From Acidimicrobiaceae bacterium (lineage in GTDB: Bacteria > Actinomycetota > Acidimicrobiia > Acidimicrobiales > RAAP-2), in NCBI GenBank assembly GCA_003155915.1, contig PMFA01000029.1, positions 2,717 through 66,716 on the forward strand: DNA of 64,000 nucleotides. Reading direction: 5' to 3'. Below, one piece after another: positions 54,756 through 64,000 of this stretch. Position 1 is the first letter of the stretch. Every line of letters starts with the position of its first letter. Below the pieces are notes generated by a model that saw only the letters and a program-made list of their open reading frames with translations, ran no database searches and had not been told where the DNA came from. The translations under genes were made by a program, and so were the position numbers.

Positions 54756-57581
54756 TCAAGAACAACCGCTCGTCGCGCCGCAACTCGAGCACACGTAGCA
54801 CGAGCCCGCTCGCTGCATGGCGTTACCGCACTGGTAACACATCGGCGCGTCACGCTGTTGGTCGCGACTCAGCAACTTCGGCTGTTCGGTCGGCTTCTCG
54901 CTCACGTCGACGAGTGTCGGCTGCACGCTGACGTTGACCGTCGGCGTCGCCTGCTCGGCGACCTCGGGCAGCGTGGGCTGAATGCGCTCACTGGTGGAGA
55001 GCACGCCCAACTCTTCGCGTTCGCCCGGACTTAAGTAGTCCAACGCCAAGCGGCGGAAGATGTAGTCCACCAGCGACGTCGCGATGCGCAGATCGGCGTC
55101 GTCGGTCATGCCCGACGGCTCGAACTTCATGTTCACGTACTTGCGCACGTACGTCGCCAACGGCACGCCGTGTTGCAGGCCGAGGCTTATTGAGATCGAG
55201 AAGGCGTCCATGATGCCGGCCAATGTCGAACCCTGCTTGGAGACCTTGATGAAGACTTCACCGGGTCGACCGTCCTCGTACTCACCGACCGTGACGTAGC
55301 CTTCGCAGTCCGCGACACGGAAGGCGAACGTCGTCGAGACGCGCCGGCGCGGCATGCGCTCGCGCAGGGCCTGGATCGTGACGTGGTGACTCTCGGACCT
55401 CGCGACCTCCAGCTCCAACTTGAGTTGCTCGATGCGAGTGACCAGTTCGGCCGCGACCGAGTCGGTCGCGGTGACCGACGAGGTGGACTCGCCGTCCTTC
55501 TTCGCGGTCGAGAGCGGTTGTCCGACCTTGCAGTTGTCGCGGTAGATGGCGACGGCCTTCACGCCCAATTTCCAGGCGTCCATGTGCAGGTTCGCCACGT
55601 CTTCGATGGTGGCGTCCTCGGGCATGTTCACGGTCTTGGAGATCGCGCCCGAGATGAAGGGCTGAACGGCACCCATCATCTTCACGTGACCGAGGTAGTG
55701 GATGGTGTTGTCGCCCATGGAGCAGGCGAAGACCGGGAGGTGCTCGGGGTGAAGGCCCGGGGCGCCCACGATCGACTTGTTCTCGTCGATGTAGGCCTCG
55801 ATGGCCAGGGACTCGATCTCGGAGTACCCGAGTTTGCGCAGTGCCCGCGGCACCGTCTGGTTGACGATCGCCATGTTGCCGCCACCCACCAGCTTCTTGA
55901 ACTTCACCAGTCCCAAGTCCGGCTCGATACCGGTCGTGTCACAGTCCATCAACAGACCGATGGTGCCAGTGGGCGCGAGCACCGAGGCCTGGGCGTTGCG
56001 AACACCGTGGCGAGCGCCGAGGTCGACGGCCTCTTCCCACGAGTGCTGCGCCGCTTCGAGGATCTCGACCGGGGCCAACGCCTCGTCGATCCGGTAGGAC
56101 GCGTCGCGGTGCATGCGAAGGACGTCGAGCATCGGCACGGCGTTCTCCTCGTAGCCCTCGTGGGGTCCCATGCGACCGGCGGTACGCGCGCTGACGGCGT
56201 AGGCGTGGCCGGTCATCAACGCGGTGATCGCGGCGGCCCAGGCGCGGCCCTCGTCGGAGTCGTAGGCCAGTCCCGAGGCCATGAGGAGCGCCCCGAGGTT
56301 CGCGTAGCCGAGACCGAGCTGACGGAACTTGCGCGAGTTCTCGGCGATCTTCTCGGTCGGGTAGTCGGCCGCGCCGACGATGATCTCTTGCGCGCTGAAG
56401 AGCACTTCGATGGAGTGCTTGAAGGCGTCGACGTCGAAGCTGCCGTCGTCCTGGAGGAACTTCATCAGGTTGAGACTGGCCAAGTTGCACGCCGAGTTGT
56501 CGATGTGCATGTACTCCGAGCACGGGTTCGATCCGTTGATGCGATCGGTGTTGGGTGACGTGTGCCACTTGTTGATCGTCGTGTCGAACTGGAGACCGGG
56601 GTCGGCGCACTCCCACGCGGCGCGCGCGATCTGGCGCCACAGTTCACGAGCCTTCACGGTCTGGACCGCACGACCACCGTGTCGGGCTTTCAAGTCCCAG
56701 TCACCGTCGGCCACGACCGCGTCCATGAACTCATCGGAGACGCGCACGGAGTTATTCGCGTTCTGGTACTGGATCGAATGGATGTCCTTGCCGTCTAAGT
56801 CCATGTCGAAGCCGTTGTCGCGAAGGACACGCGCCTTCTTCTCCTCGTTGGCCTTGCACCAGATGAACTCTTCGATGTCCGGGTGATCGGCGTCGAGGAT
56901 CACCATCTTCGCGGCGCGGCGCGTCTTGCCGCCGGACTTGATGGTGCCGGCCGAGGCGTCGGCCCCTCGCATGAACGAGACGGGACCGCTCGCGGTGCCA
57001 CCGCCCTCGAGCATCTCGGCGCTGGAGCGAATCTTGGAGAGGTTGACGCCGGCACCGGAGCCGCCCTTGAAGATGATGCCCTCTTCGGTGTACCAATTGA
57101 GGATCGAACGCATCGAGTCCTCGACCGAGAGGATGAAGCAGGCACTCCCCTGCTGGGGCACGCCCTTCACACCAATGTTGAACCAGACCGGTGAGTTGAA
57201 GGCCGCCTTCTGGGTGATCAAAAGGTGCTTGAGTTCGGCGCGAAAGGCCTCGGCCTCTTCGTCGTCGACGAAGTAGTCACGCTCGACGCCCCAGGCGGTG
57301 ATGGTGTCGACGATGCGATCAGCCACCTGCTTGAGGCTGGTCTCGCGCTCCTCAGTGCCGAGGGTCCCGCGGAAGTACTTCTGGGCGAGGATGTTAGTGG
57401 CGTTGAACGACCAGCTGGAGGGAACCTCGACGTTGAGTTGTTCGAAGGCGACTGATCCGTCGCGGAAGTTCGAAATCCGAGCGTCACGACGGTCCCAGGT
57501 CACCTCGTCGTACGGGTGCCGGTCGTCGGTCGTGAAGTAGCGGCGGATGCCAATTCCCAGTCGCTGAGGTGCGATAGCCAT
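54756..57581 (-). CDS. nrdJ: vitamin B12-dependent (class II) ribonucleotide reductase
   Basis: The likely start is the ATG at 57581 (MAIAPQRLGIGIRRYFT...). Active-site motif GSNPCSEYM, and a C-terminal Cys-rich tail CYQCGNAMQRAGSCYVCSSCGATSGCS. Confidence 0.93.
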   Translation of the reverse strand: MAIAPQRLGIGIRRYFTTDDRHPYDEVTWDRRDARISNFRDGSVAFEQLNVEVPSSWSFNATNILAQKYFRGTLGTEERETSLKQVADRIVDTITAWGVERDYFVDDEEAEAFRAELKHLLITQKAAFNSPVWFNIGVKGVPQQGSACFILSVEDSMRSILNWYTEEGIIFKGGSGAGVNLSKIRSSAEMLEGGGTASGPVSFMRGADASAGTIKSGGKTRRAAKMVILDADHPDIEEFIWCKANEEKKARVLRDNGFDMDLDGKDIHSIQYQNANNSVRVSDEFMDAVVADGDWDLKARHGGRAVQTVKARELWRQIARAAWECADPGLQFDTTINKWHTSPNTDRINGSNPCSEYMHIDNSACNLASLNLMKFLQDDGSFDVDAFKHSIEVLFSAQEIIVGAADYPTEKIAENSRKFRQLGLGYANLGALLMASGLAYDSDEGRAWAAAITALMTGHAYAVSARTAGRMGPHEGYEENAVPMLDVLRMHRDASYRIDEALAPVEILEAAQHSWEEAVDLGARHGVRNAQASVLAPTGTIGLLMDCDTTGIEPDLGLVKFKKLVGGGNMAIVNQTVPRALRKLGYSEIESLAIEAYIDENKSIVGAPGLHPEHLPVFACSMGDNTIHYLGHVKMMGAVQPFISGAISKTVNMPEDATIEDVANLHMDAWKLGVKAVAIYRDNCKVGQPLSTAKKDGESTSSVTATDSVAAELVTRIEQLKLELEVARSESHHVTIQALRERMPRRRVSTTFAFRVADCEGYVTVGEYEDGRPGEVFIKVSKQGSTLAGIMDAFSISISLGLQHGVPLATYVRKYVNMKFEPSGMTDDADLRIATSLVDYIFRRLALDYLSPGEREELGVLSTSERIQPTLPEVAEQATPTVNVSVQPTLVDVSEKPTEQPKLLSRDQQRDAPMCYQCGNAMQRAGSCYVCSSCGATSGCS

Positions 57582-57677
57582 ATGAATCTCTCTTTTCTTG
57601 CCGAAACCGACACTAAGAACACGCCTCTCGCGACGCCGGAGTCGGGAGGTCCAGTTTACTACCCTTTTCCCCTTCGG

Positions 57678-57724
57678 CCACAAGATGTAGTGGTCAGACC
57701 ACTTCTCGTCGCAAGATGCTGTGT
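57678..57724 (-). promoter_or_regulatory. two tandem NrdR-box-like operators upstream of nrdJ
   Basis: CCACAAGATGTAGTGG (57678-57693) and TCGCAAGATGCTGTGT (57709-57724) share CAAGATG...GTG. Their starts are 31 bp apart (about 3 helical turns), and they lie 97-143 nt upstream of the nrdJ ATG. Confidence 0.6.
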
Positions 57725-57841
57725 CATTACAGCACTGTAATTACACCGCGTCAACTCAATTTTGATTGTTTTTGAAACAATTATTTTTAGCCCAATGATC
57801 TACTCGAAAACCACCCGGTAACCCTCAGTAGCCTGACCCCG

Positions 57842-59317
57842 GTGGAACTGGTTCTCGCCCTCGACGCCGGCACGTCGGGAGTGCGCACCGTCGCCTTCGA
57901 CCGGTCCGCCACGGTCCAGGACACCGCGCACCGCGAACTAACCCAACACTTCCCACGACCGGGCGAGGTCGAACACGACGCCAACGAGATCGCCGCTCTC
58001 TGCGTCGCGACGCTGCGCGACGTCGCCACGCGAGCACGCGCGAACGGACATGACATCGTCGCGCTCGGCATCACCAATCAGCGCGAGACAACGGTCGCCT
58101 TCGACCGTGCGACGGGACGACTCCCCCACCGCGCCATCGTCTGGCAGGACCGGCGCACCGGCGCCTACTGCGACGAACTCGACGCGTGTGGTGCGACGCC
58201 GGTCGTGCGCGCCACGACGGGACTCGTGCTCGATTCTTACTTCTCGGCGTCCAAGATGCGCTGGTTCCTCGATCACGGTCACATGGACGACCTCGACGCA
58301 CCGAGCTTCGCCACCGTCGACTCCTGGTTGGTCTGGTGGCTCTCCGGCGGCGCCGAGGACGGAGCCTTCGTGACCGAGCCGTCCAACGCGTCACGCACGA
58401 TGTTGATGGACCTCGCGACGATGTCCTGGTCGAACACGATGACCACGTTGTTCGACGTCGATCCCGCGATGCTGGCGACGATCCAACCGTCACTGTCCAA
58501 CTTCGCCACCGTCAGCGCCGACGTCGTCCCGGAACTGGCCGGCGTGCCGATCACCGGGGTCCTCGGCGACCAACAGTCGGCGCTCTTCGGTCAGGCCTGC
58601 TTTCGCCCGGGCGTCGTGAAGGCGACCTACGGCACCGGTGCCTTCATCCTCGCCAACGTCGGCGAGAACCATCCCGGCGTCTTCGACGGGCTGATCACGA
58701 CCCTCGCGTGGGACTTGGGCGAGGTCGCGGCCCCGACCTACGCCGTCGAGGGATCGGCGTTCGTCGCCGGCGCGGCCGTGCAGTGGCTACGCGACGAGAT
58801 GGGATTCATCGACGATTCGTCGCAACTCGAGGCCCTCGCCACAAGTGTGAGCGACAGCGCCGGCGTGCAATTCATACCGGCCTTCACGGGACTCGGTTCA
58901 CCGTTCTGGCGCGCCGACGCGCGCGGATCGATCACCGGCCTCAGTCGCGGCGTCGGTCGAGGACAGATCGCGCGCGCGCTCGTTGAGGCGCTCGCGTATC
59001 AGGTGCGCGCGATGACCGACGCGTTCAACGACGGCGGCATTTCTCTGCACGAACTGCGCGCCGACGGTGGCGCGGCGGCCGTGGACCTCATGCTGCAACT
59101 GCAGGCCAGCAATTCGAAACTCCCAGTGTTGCGAAGTACGTCCCTAGAAGCGACCGCGCGCGGCGCGGCGACGCTCTGCGGTCTCGGGGCCGGTCTGTGG
59201 TCGTCGCTCGATGAACTCAACGATCTCTGGACCTACGACCGACGATTCGAGCCGCAGGACCCACTCTTCGTCGACCTCGGGTACGCGGCGTGGCGTCGCG
59301 CGCTCGAACACGCTTGA
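57842..59317 (+). CDS. glpK: glycerol kinase
   Basis: FGGY kinase motifs ALDAGTSGVR, GITNQRETT and TYGTGAF. 491 aa. Confidence 0.93.
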   Translation: MELVLALDAGTSGVRTVAFDRSATVQDTAHRELTQHFPRPGEVEHDANEIAALCVATLRDVATRARANGHDIVALGITNQRETTVAFDRATGRLPHRAIVWQDRRTGAYCDELDACGATPVVRATTGLVLDSYFSASKMRWFLDHGHMDDLDAPSFATVDSWLVWWLSGGAEDGAFVTEPSNASRTMLMDLATMSWSNTMTTLFDVDPAMLATIQPSLSNFATVSADVVPELAGVPITGVLGDQQSALFGQACFRPGVVKATYGTGAFILANVGENHPGVFDGLITTLAWDLGEVAAPTYAVEGSAFVAGAAVQWLRDEMGFIDDSSQLEALATSVSDSAGVQFIPAFTGLGSPFWRADARGSITGLSRGVGRGQIARALVEALAYQVRAMTDAFNDGGISLHELRADGGAAAVDLMLQLQASNSKLPVLRSTSLEATARGAATLCGLGAGLWSSLDELNDLWTYDRRFEPQDPLFVDLGYAAWRRALEHA

Positions 59318-59348
59318 GTAGGTTTCAGGGAACGTCGAACGGAGGACC

Positions 59349-60233
59349 ATGAAGGAATTCACCGCAACAGTCGTGCGCGAAGGACTCGGGTTTGGTGAGG
59401 GACCGCGCTGGCACGAGGGCCGTCTGTGGTACTCCGACTTCTACCGACACGGCATCTATTCCATGGCGAGCGACGGATCCGATGAGGTCCTCGAACACGA
59501 GGTCGCGACCCAGCCCTCGGGCCTCGGCTGGCTGCCGGACGGCGATCTCGTGAGCGTCTCGATGACCGACCAGAAGGTGTTGCGATTTCACGACGACCAC
59601 GTGGCCACCTTCGCTGACATCAGCGAACACTGCGTGTTCTGGGCCAATGACATGATCGTGTCGCCGACGGGCTACTGCTACGTCGGCAACTTCGGATTCG
59701 ACCTCGACGCGCGCTTGGCCGAACTGGGCGTCGAGCGCTTCATCGCCGAGCCCCCGCCCACCACGAACCTGGTGGTGCTCAATGCCGAAGGCGACGTCAT
59801 CCAAGTCGTGCCCGACATGGCCTTTCCCAATGGCACGGTCATCACGCCCGACGGCGCAACCTTGATCGTGGGCGAGACCTTCGGATCGAGACTCACGGCC
59901 TTTGACGTCCACGCTGACGGCACGCTCGCCAATCGACGGGTGTGGGCGCCACTCGAGATGGCCGCCAGTGACGGTATGTGTCTCGACGCGGACGGACAGA
60001 TCTGGTTCGCGAACGCGCTGACTCGTCAGTGCGTGCGCGTGGCCGAAGGCGGCGAGGTCACGGGGACCGTGACCTGCTCGCAACGCGCCTTCGCCTGCAT
60101 GCTCGGCGGCGGCGACGGCCGAACTCTTTACGTCATGACGGCGGGCTCGAGCGATCGATTCGAGGTCGCCGACAAGACCGAGGGGTGTATCGAAGCGGTC
60201 CGCGTCGACGTCGCGCGTGCCGGCACCCCGTAA
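59349..60233 (+). CDS. SMP-30/gluconolactonase/LRE family protein
   Basis: 294-aa beta-propeller-like ORF (GEGPRWHEGRLWYSD, PNGTVITPDG, DGMCLDADG). Confidence 0.8.
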   Translation: MKEFTATVVREGLGFGEGPRWHEGRLWYSDFYRHGIYSMASDGSDEVLEHEVATQPSGLGWLPDGDLVSVSMTDQKVLRFHDDHVATFADISEHCVFWANDMIVSPTGYCYVGNFGFDLDARLAELGVERFIAEPPPTTNLVVLNAEGDVIQVVPDMAFPNGTVITPDGATLIVGETFGSRLTAFDVHADGTLANRRVWAPLEMAASDGMCLDADGQIWFANALTRQCVRVAEGGEVTGTVTCSQRAFACMLGGGDGRTLYVMTAGSSDRFEVADKTEGCIEAVRVDVARAGTP

Positions 60234-60261
60234 GAGGAATCCGTTGAAGCCGTGACCCGGC

Positions 60262-61464
60262 TCAGCCCAGTTTCGTGAGGGCCTTGCGCAGGTTGCGAAT
60301 CGCCTGGGACGTGCGCAGTTCGTTCTCAATGAGCGCGAAGCGCACGTGTCCGTCACCACCCTCGCCGAAACCGACGCCGGGACTGGTCGCCACGTCGGCC
60401 GATTCGATGAGGAACCGCGAGAACTCGAGTGAACCCATCTCGCGGTACGGCTCGGGCATCGGCGCCCAGATGAACATCGATCCGCGCGGCGCTCTCACGT
60501 CCCAACCGATGCGATTCAGTCCCTCGATCAAGGTGTCGCGCCGCGACTGATAGATCACGCGCAGGTGTTCGGGGTAGTCCGTCGCCTCGTTCATGGCGAC
60601 GATGGCCGCGATCTGGACCGGCTGGAAGGTGCCGTAGTCGAGGTAGCTCTTCAACTTCGTCAACGCCGCCACGATCTCGGCGTTGCCGACGAGGAACCCG
60701 ACGCGCCACCCGGCCATCGAGAAGGACTTGGTGAGCGTGTAGAGCTCGACGCAGCATTCCTTCGCGCGCGGCACCTGCAGGATCGACGGCGGTTTGTAGC
60801 CGTCGAAGCCCAGATCGGCGTAGGCGAAGTCGTGACAGACGATCAACTCGCGTTCGAGTGCGAAGTCCACCAGCCGCGTCATGAACGCCAGATCCACGCA
60901 TGCGCTCGTCGGGTTGTGCGGGAAGGAACAAATCAGCACCCGCGGTTTCACCTCGGCGCTCTCCCACGCCTCGACGAGACCCGCGAAGAAGTCATCGCCG
61001 GGATCGTTCGTCGTGGCCCCGGGATCGAGCATCGGGACCGTGATCACCTTGGCGCCGGCGAAGCCCGGGCCGGCCAAGTGGATCGGGTAACTCGGACTCG
61101 GCACCAACGCGCTGTCACCGGGACCGAGCAGGACCCACATCAGGTGCGTGAGGCCCTCTTTGGCGCCGATCGTCGTGACAATCTCGGTGTCGGGGTCGAG
61201 GTCGACGTCAAAGAGCGATTTGTAACGCGTCGCCATCGCGAGGCGCAGGTTCGGGATGCCGCGCGAGGCGCTGTAGCGATGGTTGCGTGGGTTGTTCGCC
61301 GCCTCGGCCAACTTCGCCACCGCCACGTCGGGACTCGGCAGGTCGGGGTTCCCGAAGCCGAAGTCGATGACGTCGCGCCCGAGGGCGCGCGCCTCGGCCT
61401 TCAACCCGTTGATCTGCGCGAAGACGTACGGCGGCAAGCCGTTGACGCGACGAAATTCCATCAA
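60262..61464 (-). CDS. pyridoxal-phosphate-dependent aminotransferase (class I; alanine/aspartate aminotransferase-like)
   Basis: N-terminal LPPYVFA, HNPT, and the PLP-Lys context TLTKSFSMAGWRVGF. Confidence 0.9.
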   Translation of the reverse strand: MMEFRRVNGLPPYVFAQINGLKAEARALGRDVIDFGFGNPDLPSPDVAVAKLAEAANNPRNHRYSASRGIPNLRLAMATRYKSLFDVDLDPDTEIVTTIGAKEGLTHLMWVLLGPGDSALVPSPSYPIHLAGPGFAGAKVITVPMLDPGATTNDPGDDFFAGLVEAWESAEVKPRVLICSFPHNPTSACVDLAFMTRLVDFALERELIVCHDFAYADLGFDGYKPPSILQVPRAKECCVELYTLTKSFSMAGWRVGFLVGNAEIVAALTKLKSYLDYGTFQPVQIAAIVAMNEATDYPEHLRVIYQSRRDTLIEGLNRIGWDVRAPRGSMFIWAPMPEPYREMGSLEFSRFLIESADVATSPGVGFGEGGDGHVRFALIENELRTSQAIRNLRKALTKLG

Positions 61465-61470
61465 GTGATT

Positions 61471-62148
61471 TTAATCATCCTTTGCCTCGCGCCACTGTCG
61501 CAGCGCTTCGACGTCGACGTCGGGCGCGAATATCGCCCAGGTCGCACCAGCGTCGCACACCGCGTCCAACGTCGCGCGAAGGTCGCTCGGCACCGGTCCG
61601 GCCCAACTCACCTCGCCCGACGCCGCCATCTCGCGAACACGAGTCGCGGACGCGTCCCAGAGGTTGAGCGTCGCGCCGACCTCGCGGGCCACGCGATTCG
61701 TCTCGTCGTTCCCGGCGCCGAACCAGATCGGCATGCGGTCGATCAGTTCGCGCGCCGTCTCGGCCATCAGGGCTCGGCGCTCGTCGGCGCTGCGCACCGC
61801 AATGTCGTAGGCCTCGTTCTCCGCGGCCGAGAGTCTGTCGCCCGATCCCAGGGCGCAGATCACGCGCGACGGCGCGCCGCGCTCGAGGGTCAGATACTGC
61901 TCGACGAGGTGCGGCGTCCCGACCAGTCCGACGCGCGCCACGAGGGGACCGACGACGACGTCATGGCGTCGCGCCACGGCCGCGAGGACCGCAAAGGGCG
62001 CCAGGGACGGCCGCGTCGGTGAGCCCATGGGCCAGAGGTGGTCGTAGGCGAAGAGGCCGTCGATGCCGGCCTCGACGGCCCGGTCGGCGAAGGCGAGGGC
62101 GTCAGAGGCGCCGTTTCGAAACGTCGGTAGGAGAACGCCGAGTTTCAC
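61471..62148 (-). CDS. LLM-class F420/flavin-dependent oxidoreductase (short form)
   Basis: MKLGVLLPTF...GIDGLFAYDHLWP is typical of luciferase-like monooxygenase family members. Confidence 0.65.
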   Translation of the reverse strand: MKLGVLLPTFRNGASDALAFADRAVEAGIDGLFAYDHLWPMGSPTRPSLAPFAVLAAVARRHDVVVGPLVARVGLVGTPHLVEQYLTLERGAPSRVICALGSGDRLSAAENEAYDIAVRSADERRALMAETARELIDRMPIWFGAGNDETNRVAREVGATLNLWDASATRVREMAASGEVSWAGPVPSDLRATLDAVCDAGATWAIFAPDVDVEALRQWREAKDD

Positions 62149-63116
62149 GACGTGCGCTCAAAGGCCACGAGCGCGGCGCCCATCGCGCCGGAGCGAGGCC
62201 CGAACATCGAGGGGGTGACGGTGATCGCCGGACGGGCCCGGTACCCCTCGACGAGGTCGACGAGATACTCGCGCGCCGAGGGCAACACCATGTCCGAAGC
62301 GATCGACAGTCCGCCACCGATGACGAAATGACCGCAGTCCAGTATCGCCGCCAAGTTCGCCAGACCGAGCGCGAGCCACCACCCGATCTCCTTCATCAAC
62401 ACCACGGCCTCATCCAAGTTCTGTGCGGCGGCGGCCGTGACGTCCTCGGCGCGAACCGCGGCGGCGTTGCCGCGTTGGGCGACGAGCGTCGGGAGACGAC
62501 CTTCGATCGCCGCTTCGCGGGTGAGGCGGTTGAGGCCGCCGCCCGAGGCGTAACGCTCCCAACAGCCGTGACTCCCGCAGTGACAGGCGGCCCCTCGCGC
62601 GACCACGACCATGTGTCCGATTTCACCGGCGAAGCCGCTGTGGCCACGGATGAGTTTGCCGTCGGCGATGACGCCGCCGCCGATCCCCGTGCCCAGGGTC
62701 ACCATCACGAAGTCGTCGATGCCGCGTCCGGCGCCCCATTCGTGTTCGCACAGGGCCGCGCAGTTGGCGTCGTTCTCACAGAACACCATCGGGCTCGCCA
62801 ACGACGCCCCGAGCAGGGCACCCAAGTCCGCGCCCGACGCCGATTGAAGGTTCGGGGCGTAGACCAAACGCCCGTCGCGACGCATCATGCCCGGCAGACC
62901 GATGCAGACCGGCAGGGTCGCCGGGTCGAGTCCTTGACGCGCGCACAGCTCGTTGACCAACTCGGTCACGACGTCGGCGGTCGGTGTACCGACGTGGTCG
63001 CTGTGCAGATGCGGCGTCGGGGCCTGGGCTTCGGCGAGGACGCGACCGTCGCGCGCGACCAACAAGGCCAACGCCTTGGTTCCCCCGACGTCAACGCCGA
63101 TCGCGACGTCGATCAT
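62145..63116 (-). CDS. ROK family glucokinase
   Basis: N-terminal GVDVGGTK and the ROK zinc motif CHCGSHGCWE. Confidence 0.85.
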   Translation of the reverse strand: MIDVAIGVDVGGTKALALLVARDGRVLAEAQAPTPHLHSDHVGTPTADVVTELVNELCARQGLDPATLPVCIGLPGMMRRDGRLVYAPNLQSASGADLGALLGASLASPMVFCENDANCAALCEHEWGAGRGIDDFVMVTLGTGIGGGVIADGKLIRGHSGFAGEIGHMVVVARGAACHCGSHGCWERYASGGGLNRLTREAAIEGRLPTLVAQRGNAAAVRAEDVTAAAAQNLDEAVVLMKEIGWWLALGLANLAAILDCGHFVIGGGLSIASDMVLPSAREYLVDLVEGYRARPAITVTPSMFGPRSGAMGAALVAFERTS

Positions 63117-63553
63117 CGCTGCCGCTCGGCCTGCGCCTTCAACTCGCGAAGAGCCTGGGTCTGGATCCGGTAGGCCGCCCGGGACTTGATGAACGTGGGG
63201 ATCGGCACGAGCATCTCGACCTCGAGGTCATAGGTGACCTTGGTCTCATCGCCGTCGGCCTCGAACCTGTAGCGACCGTTCAGAGTCTCGGTGAGGTCAC
63301 CCTGGACCTGGCGCCACGACAGTTCCCCCGGCGCCTTGGCGTAGTCGTAATGCAGTGTGTAGGTCGTCGAGCGACCGAACGCGGCCGCGCGGAACTCGAC
63401 CTCGAGGGCCCGTCCCTCGTCGTCGCGCGTCACGACCTCGATCCGCTTCAGATCCGAGACCCAATCGGCGTAGTGCTCAAAATCGGTGACCACCGCGTAG
63501 ATCGTCTCAGGCGAGGCGCTGACCGTGATTGACTCCGTGGCTCGTTGTGGCAC
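63113..63553 (-). CDS. SRPBCC (polyketide cyclase/dehydrase-like) family protein
   Basis: 146-aa ORF of START/Bet v1-like size whose N-terminus matches cyclase/dehydrase family members. It overlaps the glucokinase start by 4 nt. Confidence 0.72.
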   Translation of the reverse strand: MPQRATESITVSASPETIYAVVTDFEHYADWVSDLKRIEVVTRDDEGRALEVEFRAAAFGRSTTYTLHYDYAKAPGELSWRQVQGDLTETLNGRYRFEADGDETKVTYDLEVEMLVPIPTFIKSRAAYRIQTQALRELKAQAERQR

Positions 63554-63573
63554 CGCACCCCCTCACTCTCACC

Positions 63574-64000
63574 CTAGGGCAGACGGTTTGTCTCGCCAAA
63601 GTGGTCGAAGCACGCGAGTTCACTCGAGAGACGCGCGGCCAACGTGTTCCAGTCGAATCGCTCGACCGCGCCCACGCGAGAGGCCCGCCCGAATTCGAGT
63701 CGAAGATCGTTGTCGAGCATCAACGTTCGAATCGCCTTGGCTAGGAGATCATCACTGCGCGAATCGCCGACGACGAATCCGGTCACACCGTTCTGCACCG
63801 CCTCATGACTACCGCCGGACCGTCCGGCGATTTGGGCCACCCCGGTTGCGGCGGCTTCGACGAAGACGATGCCGAAACCCTCTTGCTCGAGTCCGAACCA
63901 CCGGCTGCGACAGTCCATCACCATCAGGTCACTCGCCCCGAGCCAGTCGCCCAACACGTCATCCGGCACGCGGCCGAGGAACGTGACCGGCGCGCCGAGG
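63574..64000 (-). CDS. glycosyltransferase family 4 (C-terminal part; N-terminus outside window)
   Basis: GT-B C-terminal domain with EQEGFGIVFVEAAATG (E-x7-E motif). The reading frame stays open to the window edge. Confidence 0.8.
   Translation of the reverse strand, partial: LGAPVTFLGRVPDDVLGDWLGASDLMVMDCRSRWFGLEQEGFGIVFVEAAATGVAQIAGRSGGSHEAVQNGVTGFVVGDSRSDDLLAKAIRTLMLDNDLRLEFGRASRVGAVERFDWNTLAARLSSELACFDHFGETNRLP

Overview
High-GC bacterial chromosome segment. The gene content points to Actinomycetota, possibly an Acidimicrobiia-like lineage: mycothiol/DinB-type enzyme, F420-type LLM oxidoreductases, LCP protein, DUF3052, ClpS-DUF2017 pair, class II NrdJ with NrdR boxes. This taxonomy is inference only. 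Most of the window is densely packed core metabolism and proteostasis: clpX (5' partial)-clpP-tig, four tRNAs (Pro, Arg, His, Lys), aldehyde dehydrogenases, a split B12-dependent acyl-CoA mutase, surE, arfB, two acyl-CoA ligases, an acyl-ACP desaturase, purU, nrdJ, glpK, an aminotransferase and a ROK glucokinase. I saw no rRNA, CRISPR array, integrase, transposase or recognisable phage gene. Five things stand out. (1) A translationally coupled four-gene operon (20708-23629, minus strand) encodes three paralogous proteins, each an internal duplication of a YbjQ/UPF0145-like domain, led by a 133-aa protein with no domain I recognise. It lies just upstream of an ABC-2 exporter and is my best candidate for an undescribed system. 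(2) Three progressively decayed copies of the 3' part of tRNA-Lys(CTT) lie downstream of the intact gene and delimit three cargo modules, a scar pattern of serial integration without any integrase left. (3) Five iteron-like ~22-bp direct repeats sit between the nrdJ stop codon and an unannotated 55-aa basic ORF with a perfect Shine-Dalgarno. (4) Two secreted repeat proteins 37 kb apart share a C-terminal ~86-aa module. (5) There are two apparently disrupted genes: a zinc-ribbon ORF with an in-frame TAA inside its first CxxC, and a DUF4232 gene separated from its signal peptide at an A5/T5 run. All coordinates and alignments were derived by hand from the sequence. No database search was run.
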